Shown here piece by piece: positions 9,274-19,500 of a DNA stretch of 64,000 bases (position 1 is the stretch's first letter; each line of letters starts with the position of its first letter). A program made the translations under genes and the position numbers. Origin of the DNA: Patescibacteria group bacterium. Lineage in GTDB: Bacteria > Patescibacteriota > Microgenomatia > UBA1400 > PJMF01. The notes beneath the pieces are model-generated. The model did no database searches and had not been told where the DNA came from. It saw nothing but the letters and a program-made list of their open reading frames with translations. The DNA lies in the NCBI GenBank assembly GCA_041747555.1, contig JBGTEY010000011.1, forward strand, positions 12,696 through 76,695, written 5' to 3'.

Positions 9274-9962
9274 GGTGTAAATCCTTCATCTGACTCTAAA
9301 ATTTCTCGTGCAGGATCAAAATCGGCGTCAAGTGGACCGGGTATCGCAGGATCACTGAGCTCCCCAGGTTCATTTGAGGCAGGCGCATTGGGATCTGCTG
9401 CCACAGGACCACCTGGAGTGGCCAGGATTACAGTGAGCGTTAAATTATAACTAGCTTGACTGGTTCTTGATAAACCACTCTTTGATATCCCCGCAAATTT
9501 ACTCTTCACCTCTGGGCTATCGAGTGTTGCGAATACTTGCTCCATTACAAACACACTCGGAGCCTGAACCGTGAACTGCAAAATATCATTTGAGCTCGAA
9601 GAGTAATCAATTTCACTAATAATCACCTCAGGACCAAATACTTGACTAAAAAATTCAAACGCTTCTTGTTTATCTTTTCTAACACCAAATAATTCAGTGA
9701 GCTGTTTGAGTTTTTGAGCAAACACGTTGTAATCGAGCTCCGTCTGTTGCTGAGATGAAATTACTTGCCTAATTGTATCTTGTTCATCGAGTACCCCACG
9801 AACCTGGAAGACATAATACAATCTTGTCCCGAGCGCAATCAAAAAGACTGCAAACACCGCCACAAACACATAGACTACTTTCTTGAGAATTTCATAGTCC
9901 TTGCGCTGGGTAAGATCAAGCCTTTTGCGCCGCTCACCAACAAAATTAATAGTCTTTGACAT
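9270..9962 (-). CDS. pilN: Type IV pilus PilN-like protein
   Basis: INF motif, TM and coiled coil; lies between pilM and pilO. Confidence 0.65.
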   Translation of the reverse strand: MSKTINFVGERRKRLDLTQRKDYEILKKVVYVFVAVFAVFLIALGTRLYYVFQVRGVLDEQDTIRQVISSQQQTELDYNVFAQKLKQLTELFGVRKDKQEAFEFFSQVFGPEVIISEIDYSSSSNDILQFTVQAPSVFVMEQVFATLDSPEVKSKFAGISKSGLSRTSQASYNLTLTVILATPGGPVAADPNAPASNEPGELSDPAIPGPLDADFDPAREILESDEGFTP

Positions 9963-10034
9963 AGTTCTATTTCCTTTGAGCCAGTTCTAAAGGCTCAAAA
10001 TCGTGCGTTTTCAAGCAAGGAGCATCATCCCCTA

Positions 10035-11045
10035 CTACATTTCACGCTGCATTAACCCCATACAGACGGTCATGCTTGGCTGATTTACGGTATTGGGAAC
10101 GTTATCGGTCACCCCCGCAAATGGCGACGCGACAAGCACTTCTACTCCGAGCTCAGCCGTCGCAAGTTGGACTATTTCCGGGAGCATCGCCGAACCACCA
10201 GAGAGAACAACGCGCTTGATCGGCTGCTGTGTGTGCTGGTTATTGAAGAATTGTGCTGACTTGGCAATTTCTCCCGTGAGAATTCTGACTCCTGGGAGCA
10301 GAGCTTCGCGGACTTTACCTTCAAATTGATTTTCAATGAGTCCGTAGGTGCGCTTGTATTGCTCTGCCTGGACAGTATCGAGTCCAACGGCTGATTCCAA
10401 CGCGCGCGTCAATACCTGACCACCATTCATATTTGTAATCACAAACTGGAGTTCTCCCTGGTGGATAGCAAACAAATTCATGCTTGAAGCACCAATATGA
10501 GCTACAAGCGTGGTTGGGTCATCTACATTGAATTGAAGTGAGCGGGCAATCGAGATAACTTGTGTTTCTAGAAGTGTTGGCTCTACCCCCAGCTGATGAA
10601 ACATATCTACAAAGCGCTCAACCATAGCCTTGCGGGTGCCAACGAGGAGGACGCGCATTTGACCTTGGTCTTTTTTAACTGGTCGGTACAGCACCTGATA
10701 TTCGAGCGAAAGCTCCTCTGGTGGAATAGGAATATGTTGCTCTGCTTGCCAGCCAATTGCTGACGCCAACTCGGCGTCGGTGAGCGGGGGAATGGAGATA
10801 ACTTTGGTAGAAACAACTGTTTCGGGGAGGGCGAGACGAACATCGGTGCGTGCGAGCTCATTATCTTTTAGAAATGAATCAATCAAGGTACCAAGCTGCT
10901 CTTCACTGGCGTCGTCGGTGGGCATTGCTAGTCCCGTGGTGTTGAGGACGTCTACTGCGCGCTCGATCGTTGGACGAGTTCCTGGCTTGCCCGCGATTGC
11001 TTTTATACTGTAGGTGCCGATATCAAGTGCGATGGACTTCGCCAT
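10035..11045 (-). CDS. pilM: Type IV pilus assembly protein PilM
   Basis: Actin-like fold: LDIGTYSIK, HIGAS, LSGGSA. Confidence 0.92.
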   Translation of the reverse strand: MAKSIALDIGTYSIKAIAGKPGTRPTIERAVDVLNTTGLAMPTDDASEEQLGTLIDSFLKDNELARTDVRLALPETVVSTKVISIPPLTDAELASAIGWQAEQHIPIPPEELSLEYQVLYRPVKKDQGQMRVLLVGTRKAMVERFVDMFHQLGVEPTLLETQVISIARSLQFNVDDPTTLVAHIGASSMNLFAIHQGELQFVITNMNGGQVLTRALESAVGLDTVQAEQYKRTYGLIENQFEGKVREALLPGVRILTGEIAKSAQFFNNQHTQQPIKRVVLSGGSAMLPEIVQLATAELGVEVLVASPFAGVTDNVPNTVNQPSMTVCMGLMQREM

Positions 11046-11070
11046 ACGTGCCTTTCTTCATGTGCTCTAG

Positions 11071-11871
11071 TTATTTAACTAACGCTGCTCCGCTATATAC
11101 TGCATAATCCATGATTGAAGGCGCGACCGGTAGGGTTCTCGTGACCTGAATCGTTCTCTGTTCGTCGCCAAATGTATTGCTTGCTTCAGATCTGACCCTA
11201 TAAAATTGATCAGGCATATTATTACCTGCTACGCGGATATGAGTGTCATGATACACAGCTTTGATACGGACAAAAAGGTCGTTATTATTAACCGACAAAT
11301 TATAGCGAAGCGTATAGCCGCTGGAGTTTGAATTTTGCGCATTATCAAAATTATCAGATCCACAGCCTGGTGGACCAACCGGAATGTGTCGGACGCGATT
11401 TCTACCTGAGGTGTAGGAATAGACAGAAAAGATCAGTGAAGCTTTTTCGTTGCAGGGATTTTCTCGAGCCCAGCGGACCTCTAAATTGCCATTTACTGCA
11501 TTGTCGAGTCGAACCATGGCACTGAGACCCTCGGTGAGGCGAGTTTCCAATACGTCTGATGGGGTGATGGTGTAGCTGACATCGACACCGTCGATCGTTG
11601 CAACATCGGTTTCTGCGCCACTCAAACTATCAAAATCTTGCGAAAGCGCATCTTCTACACCAGTTTCTGCGGCATTAAAAACACGGCTCGATTCTGATTG
11701 CTGTTGAGAGAGGAAGACTTCTTGGGTGGTGCGGGTGGCAATTGAAAGGCCGATTGTGAGAAGGACCACCATGATGAGGAGGACGACAACTGCGACTTGA
11801 CCAGATTGATTGGCACGCTCAGAGAGTGGCGAAAATTTCCTGGTGGTGGGCAGCATACGAGTTGGCATCAT
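11071..11871 (-). CDS. PilX-like minor pilin
   Basis: QSG|QVAVVVLLIMVV leader without Glu5; FNAAETG motif. Confidence 0.8.
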   Translation of the reverse strand: MMPTRMLPTTRKFSPLSERANQSGQVAVVVLLIMVVLLTIGLSIATRTTQEVFLSQQQSESSRVFNAAETGVEDALSQDFDSLSGAETDVATIDGVDVSYTITPSDVLETRLTEGLSAMVRLDNAVNGNLEVRWARENPCNEKASLIFSVYSYTSGRNRVRHIPVGPPGCGSDNFDNAQNSNSSGYTLRYNLSVNNNDLFVRIKAVYHDTHIRVAGNNMPDQFYRVRSEASNTFGDEQRTIQVTRTLPVAPSIMDYAVYSGAALVK

Positions 11872-11906
11872 AGTACATACGGCAGGTCAACACTGCCTCA
11901 AGCTTT

Positions 11907-11935
11907 ATGATAGCTAATTGGGGGGGTGGTGGCAA
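11907..11935 (-). promoter_or_regulatory. Promoter of pilX-pilMNO with a C7 tract in the spacer
   Basis: Minus strand TTGCCA-ccacccccccaattagc (17 nt)-TATCAT. Confidence 0.55.
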
Positions 11936-11945
11936 GGGGGAGGGG

Positions 11946-12515
11946 TTAAGAGTAATCTTCGCTTTGTTCCATGTCTTTTTCGATGAGGTTTCTGAGATAA
12001 ACGGATCGCGGGATCTTTTTTGATTGAGAGATCCAATCTAAATACTGGCCGATCGCTGGCGATATGAAGAAATTGAATCTAACATCTTGGTGACTTGATG
12101 CGTACTCAATAGCATCCTCAAGCACCTTCCTTAAATTTTTCTGATTGTACCTCGCTAGCAGTAGTAAATCTCCACCTTCGTCTCTTAAAAGATGCGGGTC
12201 AACTCCGTCACGATATAGCGCAATTACGGGCTTATTCATAGACAATGCTAGCGCTATTTCCTGACCAAGACCAATACTGCTTTTCGAAACTTCCACTACA
12301 ACTAAGTCTGCTTTTTTCTTGAGCTTAGTTAAGCTCTTTTGAGCCTCTATTGCCTCTTCTGTTGACTGAGATTCATATGCATTTTTTGTTTTTGATAAAA
12401 TTGCATCATTGATCACGGAATGTCCCAGCTCGTACATAGTTGAGACAATGGTATTGCAGTTAACTTTGAGTTCTTCGTCCAGCTGACTTATAGAGACACT
12501 AAAATAGATTTTCAT
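11946..12515 (-). CDS. Nucleoside 2-deoxyribosyltransferase/DNPH1-like domain fused to a C-terminal ribbon-helix-helix
   Basis: MKIYFS, ADLVVVEVSKSSIGLGQEIALA..KPV; C-terminal VRFNFFIS...SVYLRNLI. Confidence 0.7.
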   Translation of the reverse strand: MKIYFSVSISQLDEELKVNCNTIVSTMYELGHSVINDAILSKTKNAYESQSTEEAIEAQKSLTKLKKKADLVVVEVSKSSIGLGQEIALALSMNKPVIALYRDGVDPHLLRDEGGDLLLLARYNQKNLRKVLEDAIEYASSHQDVRFNFFISPAIGQYLDWISQSKKIPRSVYLRNLIEKDMEQSEDYS

Positions 12516-12542
12516 GTGCTAATTATATCACTATTTGGATGT

Positions 12543-13025
12543 TTAAACGGAGGGAATACTTAAAGATAGGTCTAGATTTTTAATTGGCTCACCTTGTAGA
12601 AATAGATCTTCGCACTCTTTAGCCATCACACCAGGGACAACTTCAATCTTATATTTGTCGGTCTTAAATCTCTTTGGAAGGTGGTGTTGCAAACACATGC
12701 CCCCGCTTTCATCTATGTTTGTCCCATAAACAACTCTCTTTATGTGGTTTAGCAAAATTGCCCCTAAGCACATCGGGCAAGGTTCATATGTAGCGTAAAG
12801 CGTAGCCTCTGATCCTCTTTTAGTGAGCAACTCAGATATCTCATTCATTGCGATAATTTCTGCGTGATTGATTTTATTATTACTAGAGTAAACTTTGTTA
12901 TATCCCCTAGAAACTATCTTACTATCAATAACTATTACACAACCAATTGGCCAGTTTCCTGATTCTAAAGCCTTCATGGCTTCATCAAGTGCCTCTTTCA
13001 TGTAAAAATCATCGTTTGGTTTCAT
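12543..13025 (-). CDS. Zn-dependent nucleoside/nucleotide deaminase (TadA/CDA superfamily)
   Basis: HAE and EPCPMC motifs. Confidence 0.9.
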   Translation of the reverse strand: MKPNDDFYMKEALDEAMKALESGNWPIGCVIVIDSKIVSRGYNKVYSSNNKINHAEIIAMNEISELLTKRGSEATLYATYEPCPMCLGAILLNHIKRVVYGTNIDESGGMCLQHHLPKRFKTDKYKIEVVPGVMAKECEDLFLQGEPIKNLDLSLSIPSV

Positions 13026-13196
13026 GACAGCTTCTAGCTACTTCTAATAGTCTATATCATTCATTTAAAAAATTTCCGCAATAATACCATACATGCGTCT
13101 TTTATGCGTATATCTATTACTTGAAACGGGGTAGTATATCATTTTTTGATTATTATTGATATAATTATAATTGTTAATATTTCTTAAATTTTATAA

Positions 13197-13751
13197 ATGA
13201 AAATTCATTTTTCAGCAGCAGTTGACGGTGACCAAGTCCGTTATGCTCAAATAGTGAAAATAATTCAAGATCTTGGACATACCTTGATCACGGACCATTA
13301 TTTAGTCACTACCATTGAAAATATCAAAAGACAGAATGGCGAAGAAGGGGATCAATATCTCAGAAATGTTCAGAAATGGAACACTCTCGCAGATATTGTA
13401 GTCTTTGAGGTATCAAAATCTGATATAAGTACCGGTTATGAGATTGGGTTCGCATTACAATTACAAAAACAAGTTGTCGTTTTGGTTGGCGACGACCAAC
13501 CCACTTTCCCTCACACACTTAAAACGCTAAACAACTTGAATCTTCAAATAATTGAATATAATTCTAAAAACTTAAAGTTTGCGATCGAGCAAGCAATTGA
13601 TTATGCTAACTCATGCAAGAACATTAGATTTAATTTTATGCTTTCTAGTGAACTGAATGCCTATCTCACTTTGATATCCGAAAAGAAAAAGTCAACCAAG
13701 TCAGAATTTCTAAGATCACTACTCATTGGCTACCGCAATAAGCACAGCTAA
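13197..13751 (+). CDS. Second NDT/DNPH1-like + RHH paralog
   Basis: MKIHFS, ADIVVFEVSKSDISTGYEIG; C-terminal IRFNFMLS...SEFLRSLL. Confidence 0.7.
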   Translation: MKIHFSAAVDGDQVRYAQIVKIIQDLGHTLITDHYLVTTIENIKRQNGEEGDQYLRNVQKWNTLADIVVFEVSKSDISTGYEIGFALQLQKQVVVLVGDDQPTFPHTLKTLNNLNLQIIEYNSKNLKFAIEQAIDYANSCKNIRFNFMLSSELNAYLTLISEKKKSTKSEFLRSLLIGYRNKHS

Positions 13752-13891
13752 TACACACCCAGTACACATTGCAATATTATAAGACCTTATATATAATTGC
13801 CGCATTGTCATCTTGTATCGTGCTGCATCCCATATAAATAGCCTGCACGCGCAATTTGAAAAAGTGAATAATAAGTGTTGTAATAAAAACT

Positions 13892-15808
13892 ATGAGATCA
13901 AAAGATCTATCACCGCTATCTTTGCTATTACCTGAGTTATCTCACCTAATTCTTCATGCGATGAATGAGGAAAGAGGCGAGTCAGATGATGAGATTGAGT
14001 TTTCTGTGGAAGATATCGAACTAATCGAATATCGAAAATTCCTAATTTCCAATTTACTTTCAGAAATTATTCCTGCTGACGAGTCGAATAACGCGTCAGT
14101 CTATATTGGAGTCTCTCTTGATGAGAACACGGTTGACCTTATTACAGATATTGCAGAACAAAGCGTACGCGACGGCCTTACACCTGACGAGTACAAATAC
14201 TTAGCAGTAACTTTGAAACAATCAATTGCTGCAGCTCTTGATGCAGAAGAATATTTACTACTCACCCCAGAAGCAATTGACGAAATGTCAGACGAGGAGT
14301 ATCAGCAAACAGTTCTAGAAATTGCACAGGGAATCGTATCAGCACTTGATAACAATCCCGAATTACCTATAAAAACGAGGGAACGATGGCGAAGAATTTC
14401 TAAACTCATTCTATTTTTAATTATAGCTGTCCTCTTCCTCGCTGCTTGCGGATCAGTAGAACCTGCAGTAGATGATCTGGCAACAAGGACAACCCTTGCA
14501 CCAGAGGATGACGATGACGACTCAACCGGAGGTGATGGCGGTGATGATGGCGGAAATGGCCCTCCAGATGAGGAAGAACCAACACCAACGCCTGTACCAC
14601 AACCCACTGGAACTCCAGAACCAGAGCCAGAACCAACTGCAACACCAACTATACCTGACGCAGAAAGCATAGAAGTTATAGCCAGCGATGATGTTCTTAG
14701 GGAATTCCACGCAAAGTTTGTTGAATTTCTTTTCACGAACGAAGCATTTGTATGGCAATTTGATACAAATATTGAATTTGAGGTCTATGAGACAGCGATA
14801 GGAAATGTACTGTTAGCAGAAATTGTAGATGATTTCGAATATCAAGGAGAAAAATATCCCGAAGGTACTCACTTGAGGTTTGCGAGTCTTGATAGCACAG
14901 AACCTTACTTTGCGTCCGTTGAAGGCAGTCAATCTGTGATCGATCTAGCAGGTGGAGTAGGTACTGTAGTTGATATCACCGTCGATTTAGAAACAGGACA
15001 AACAGTCGCAGTTGATGCAGATGGAAATGTACTTGCGCAAGTTAATCTAGAATCGAATCAGTGGGAGATTAATCCAGATTTATTGATACCAGATTTGCCA
15101 CCAGCGACCGTGGAGACGTTGTTGACGGATACGACACTTGATGAATCAACGATACTCAGATATTTGGTTCGTCCATTTAATACAGAATCGCGTGATACTA
15201 TCGCATTCGGGCCACCTGCAGAAGGCGTTGAGTTCTCTGATGAAGAAATGAGCTGGGAAATAATCGTTGATAGATCAGACCCTGCTGCAACATTCTATGA
15301 CAACATGCGACTTTACACTGGATTTGACGTTGAAGTAGCATCTCGTGCTTGGGAAGAGGCGCCTGATGGCTATACAGAATTAGCAGTAAAATATATCGGA
15401 CACTACACAGCGGATTTTGGAGAACACGGTACCGAAGAATGCGCTATTTTTCAAACGTGGATTGAAGAAGAAGGTCAAGTTATACCTCTCATTTTCGCGG
15501 TCAGTTTATCAGATGCTCACATGTTGAAAAATTTTAATTATCTAGATGAAAACTTTGAAGTAAAATCAAATTCACCACAATCTGCTACTTCTATTGTTGG
15601 TAACTTGGAGCGAGCAAATCCTTATATGATAATAGCGGTAGCAATAGGCAATAAGAATGATGCTGCCGATTCTTTTGCTCATGGTTTAGTAACACCCGAC
15701 GATCGCCTTCCTGACTTTGCAGTTTTTAACTCAATACATGACGTACTTGGAACAGAAGTTACCAGCACGCCCGCAATTGGTGCTATCTTTGCGCAGGCCC
15801 AGAAGTAA
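13892..15808 (+). CDS. Acidic hypothetical protein with internal TM/lipobox-like segment and P/T/E linker
   Basis: 638-aa ORF; RRISKLILFLIIAVLFLAAC-GS at about residue 186; DDDD/GG/PTPTP low-complexity region. Confidence 0.7.
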   Translation: MRSKDLSPLSLLLPELSHLILHAMNEERGESDDEIEFSVEDIELIEYRKFLISNLLSEIIPADESNNASVYIGVSLDENTVDLITDIAEQSVRDGLTPDEYKYLAVTLKQSIAAALDAEEYLLLTPEAIDEMSDEEYQQTVLEIAQGIVSALDNNPELPIKTRERWRRISKLILFLIIAVLFLAACGSVEPAVDDLATRTTLAPEDDDDDSTGGDGGDDGGNGPPDEEEPTPTPVPQPTGTPEPEPEPTATPTIPDAESIEVIASDDVLREFHAKFVEFLFTNEAFVWQFDTNIEFEVYETAIGNVLLAEIVDDFEYQGEKYPEGTHLRFASLDSTEPYFASVEGSQSVIDLAGGVGTVVDITVDLETGQTVAVDADGNVLAQVNLESNQWEINPDLLIPDLPPATVETLLTDTTLDESTILRYLVRPFNTESRDTIAFGPPAEGVEFSDEEMSWEIIVDRSDPAATFYDNMRLYTGFDVEVASRAWEEAPDGYTELAVKYIGHYTADFGEHGTEECAIFQTWIEEEGQVIPLIFAVSLSDAHMLKNFNYLDENFEVKSNSPQSATSIVGNLERANPYMIIAVAIGNKNDAADSFAHGLVTPDDRLPDFAVFNSIHDVLGTEVTSTPAIGAIFAQAQK

Positions 15809-15861
15809 TTATTCCGTTTGCACTTGTTGCACAGACACGTCTAGTCAGCTAGACTGACTGT

Positions 15862-16503
15862 ATGGAAAGTTCAAAGCAATCTTTTTATGTGGTGGGGAGT
15901 TTTTTAGTTGTCATTCTCATTGCTGTAGTTGGATATCTGTGGTATCAAAATCAATCAATCAAAAGTATTGCATTACCAACAACTAGTCAACCAAGTACCG
16001 TAGATCCTCGAACTGCACCTGTCATGCCCAAGCAAGATGGGGTCGTTGCAGACACACCACTGCTTGGTATTTTTGAAATAGGTTCGTCTCGAATTCCTAC
16101 TATTTCTGGCATTGTCGAGTCTGTTGACTTAATCGATTTGGGAAATCCTGGGCAACCGGAGCAATACTTTGTAGTCATTTCTAGTTTAGAAATACCTGAG
16201 GCAAAAATCAGAGTTGGAATCGGCCATGCTCAATACATGACCTCGGTTAGATACACAGGTGGCACCCCAACAGCAGGCAAAATTGTCGAAGAAAACATGC
16301 GTGTCAGGGACTTAGTTGAAAAAATAATACCAGGAGAAATTTTCACTGCTGATCTAACATTTCCTCAAGAGCAACCCGAGATACGATCAACCTTTATGGA
16401 CGACATAAAAGCATTTGAAGCAGAGGTGCTTGAAGGCAGTAACCCAAACCCATTCAATGTCCACTACTTTAGAGTACAAAAAATTGCGCTGCCACAAACA
16501 TGA
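15862..16503 (+). CDS. Single-pass membrane hypothetical protein
   Basis: N-terminal TM; TTGCAC-17-TAGACT promoter ends 6 nt before the ATG; ATGA-coupled to the next gene. Confidence 0.7.
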   Translation: MESSKQSFYVVGSFLVVILIAVVGYLWYQNQSIKSIALPTTSQPSTVDPRTAPVMPKQDGVVADTPLLGIFEIGSSRIPTISGIVESVDLIDLGNPGQPEQYFVVISSLEIPEAKIRVGIGHAQYMTSVRYTGGTPTAGKIVEENMRVRDLVEKIIPGEIFTADLTFPQEQPEIRSTFMDDIKAFEAEVLEGSNPNPFNVHYFRVQKIALPQT

Positions 16504-19500
16504 CAAAAAGAGGCATCTTTAACCTTCTCGGGCTCATTCTTATTGTTTTTAGTGTGATTTTTTTCTACCAAACAAGAGTAGTGCAGGTTGCTGATGCTGT
16601 GCAGGGTTGGGCGCCCGGGAACTGCGGATGGACATTATCGGTGGTGCAGTGGTCTTGCAACACCAATACCGATCGTTGTTACGAATGGGAATCTGGAGAA
16701 ACGCCAAGATGGTATTGCGATGCAACAAGTGTTGGATACACTACCGAAGCGCTGTGTAACGACTCATGCACAGGCAACTGCGAATATACCTGCCTTAATG
16801 GTTGGGCAAGGCATTGCGTCATCAGTGACACAGATGTCGGCTGCGACCATCCCAACGAAAACACCTGCACCGCTGACGTTTACGCCGTTCAATGCTCTTC
16901 ATTAGCTGGAGGCGATGACTGTTCCACCAGCACTGAACCCATCGACGTCCGACAATGCTGGGTTGGCAATGGCCCTCCACCACCAGACGATCCACCCCCA
17001 GGAGGAGGAGGTTGCGACGGCAACTGGTGGGGCTGTGGAGCTGGTTCTTGTTTGGAACCTTTCGATAATCAATCAGCATGTGAAACTTCAACTGGAGGAT
17101 CATGCCAATGTGGCTCATGCCCTGCAGCGTGCACTAGCTCAACTGGTAGACGTGCAATTTTTCTCTTCGAGGACACAAATGAGAATGGCGCCTGGGATCA
17201 TGCCGCAGGTGAGCTTAGGATTTCTACCACGAGTTCATGCGTTGCATCAAATGCACAATATGTAGCTGGGGCACAGATTCTCGTTGATGGAGAAGCACGA
17301 TTTGAAAGCTGCAATGTAGGTAATTCAGAGTTCACTGGAGCAGTCTGTACTTGGGATGATCCTGTACCTCCTGCGACGCAGTGCAATGATGGCGACGATA
17401 ATGGCTTCACCGTAGGACCATGCGAAAGATGGGGTCCAGAAAATAATGGAGTAAATAGTACCTGCTTTACCCAACACAGTTGCGGTGGGGGATGTCATTA
17501 TTCTGGTGACGGATGTAACGGAGCAGTTCCAGAAGCTGGTGTAATCTGCGATTCTGGAAATTGTTCCGGTTCAGGAGATCTCAAATCCGGCAGCTACCTC
17601 ATCATGCCTCGCGACACCGGCAACCATACCGTTGGTGCTACGGTTCCTGCAGGCTGGCGTATTTCAAATGGTATGTCCGGCAACCCAATCACGGTCAACT
17701 GGAGCAGAACAAATGGCTCGTGTGAGGGCGGTCCCGTTGGAATTGGCTTAGTACGCGATACAAATACATCATGCTACGTTTCGCCATCGTCAACAACAGT
17801 TGCCGGTGGAACAGGATCAGTTTCTGTGCGCCTCTGGGGAAGCACAGATGCGACTACCACGCACACCGCCAGACTGTGGCTGCAAACTAAAAATCCTAAC
17901 ACGACTGCACCTACAGCACTTCAGATGAACCCAATTCCAGCACTGACAACTCAGTTTTTAAATTCAGGACGATATTCCTATCAATATACTGGCGCAGCTT
18001 GTACAACTAGTAACGGCACAAGTTGCACAACCTTAACCGACGTCACTGGACTTCCTCAAGGGTCATATTACTTCCATTGCGATGTTGTTCAGGGAACTTC
18101 TGCACCTTTCGCCCCAGAATGCTCTGGAAATCCATCGTGCTTGTATGAAGGTTTGGGTGGTTTAGTCGATTGTGCTGCAAACGGCTGGCAAAGTTGTTTG
18201 CCATCATCTGCAACACCAACAGACAATGCTCCTCTGACTGCCACATGCGTTCCGTCCTGTACACCAGCTTGCGGAGGACCAGATGGTTGTGGTGGAACCT
18301 GCGCGAGTACTGATTTAGGTATGCCAAGTTCGGTTCAAAATCTCGCACCTACAGGCAATTACACTGTCACTAGTACAACAGTTCCCATTACTTGGACTCC
18401 ACCTGCCACCAACGCAGCACTAGTTGATTCATATGAAATTAAAGTCTTTGCTGGAATTCTACCGATTAATGAAAATGCTATTACTAACCGCCCTTGCAAC
18501 AACACGCCTGGTGGTGCTGTCTGCGCTTCTGTTAGCAATACGATCACGAGCTGGAACTATGCTCCTCAAGTTGCAAAATCAAGAAATATTAATATAGCTG
18601 TGAGACCACGAAATCTATCTTGTAGTAATCAATCTGCCCCGTGGGTTGTCACCAATGTCACACTTCAGGGGGAAATTACTGGAAACTTCTACATTGATAA
18701 TGGCAATGCTGCCATTGTTGGTGGATTCTGCAGAAATGGTGGCACACAACCAGCTTCTGTTCAGACAGGCACCAACATCGTAACTACCATGAATAGTAAT
18801 CCAGTTGGTTCAAGTTCAATTGGGGCCAGCACATATACCATTTCAGCTGTTCCGTACACACCGACCAGCGCCTGGGGACCTCTAGGAATTATGACCCTGA
18901 CATTAGATAATCCTGATGCAGAAAACACGCTAGCATGCGCATGCCCAGTACCTGGCTCTGACCCATTTGTCTGCCAGTATGGCGGTGTTGCGGCACCAAG
19001 ACTTGGACCAAATGCTCCAGTCAATTGGTACCTCGACCTCTACGACCTCAGTAACGACCCTTGGTGGCAAACAAGAGGCGGTTTGGCGTATGCAAGAACT
19101 GGTGTGCTCAGTACAGACATTCCACGTCCTTGTGTTGATGAAAATAATCCAGCTGTGTGTGTTCCGTATATGATTACTCGGGAAGTGAGCAATGGGCTGG
19201 CTGTTAGTGCAGGTGTGCCAATGACGGGTGGGGGAGCAATACTATCTGGTACCGATGCACCTGGCTATTTCACCGACCGCAACCCTCAACCAAGAGCACA
19301 AGGCACTGATCACAGCGGAATTGTTCAGGAAGATTACGCATTCTTCTCAAGTCTCTACAATCTCAGTCAGGTTGCGCAAGTTGCCAGCAGCAATTTAGTC
19401 AATAAGGACAGCTTGCCAGCACCCGTTAATCCAGATGCAGATGGCACCGAAGTATATTACCGAAATGGAGACCTCACCATCACGCCAACAGAAATTTGGG

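Noticed and set aside
12543-13025. Calling the deaminase tadA
   Set aside because: It lacks the EVPVGA and DPTAHAE context and lies in an AT-rich accessory block
14500-14660. Tandem repeat or CRISPR-like array
   Set aside because: Codon-level low complexity of a D/G/P/T linker; no repeat-spacer periodicity
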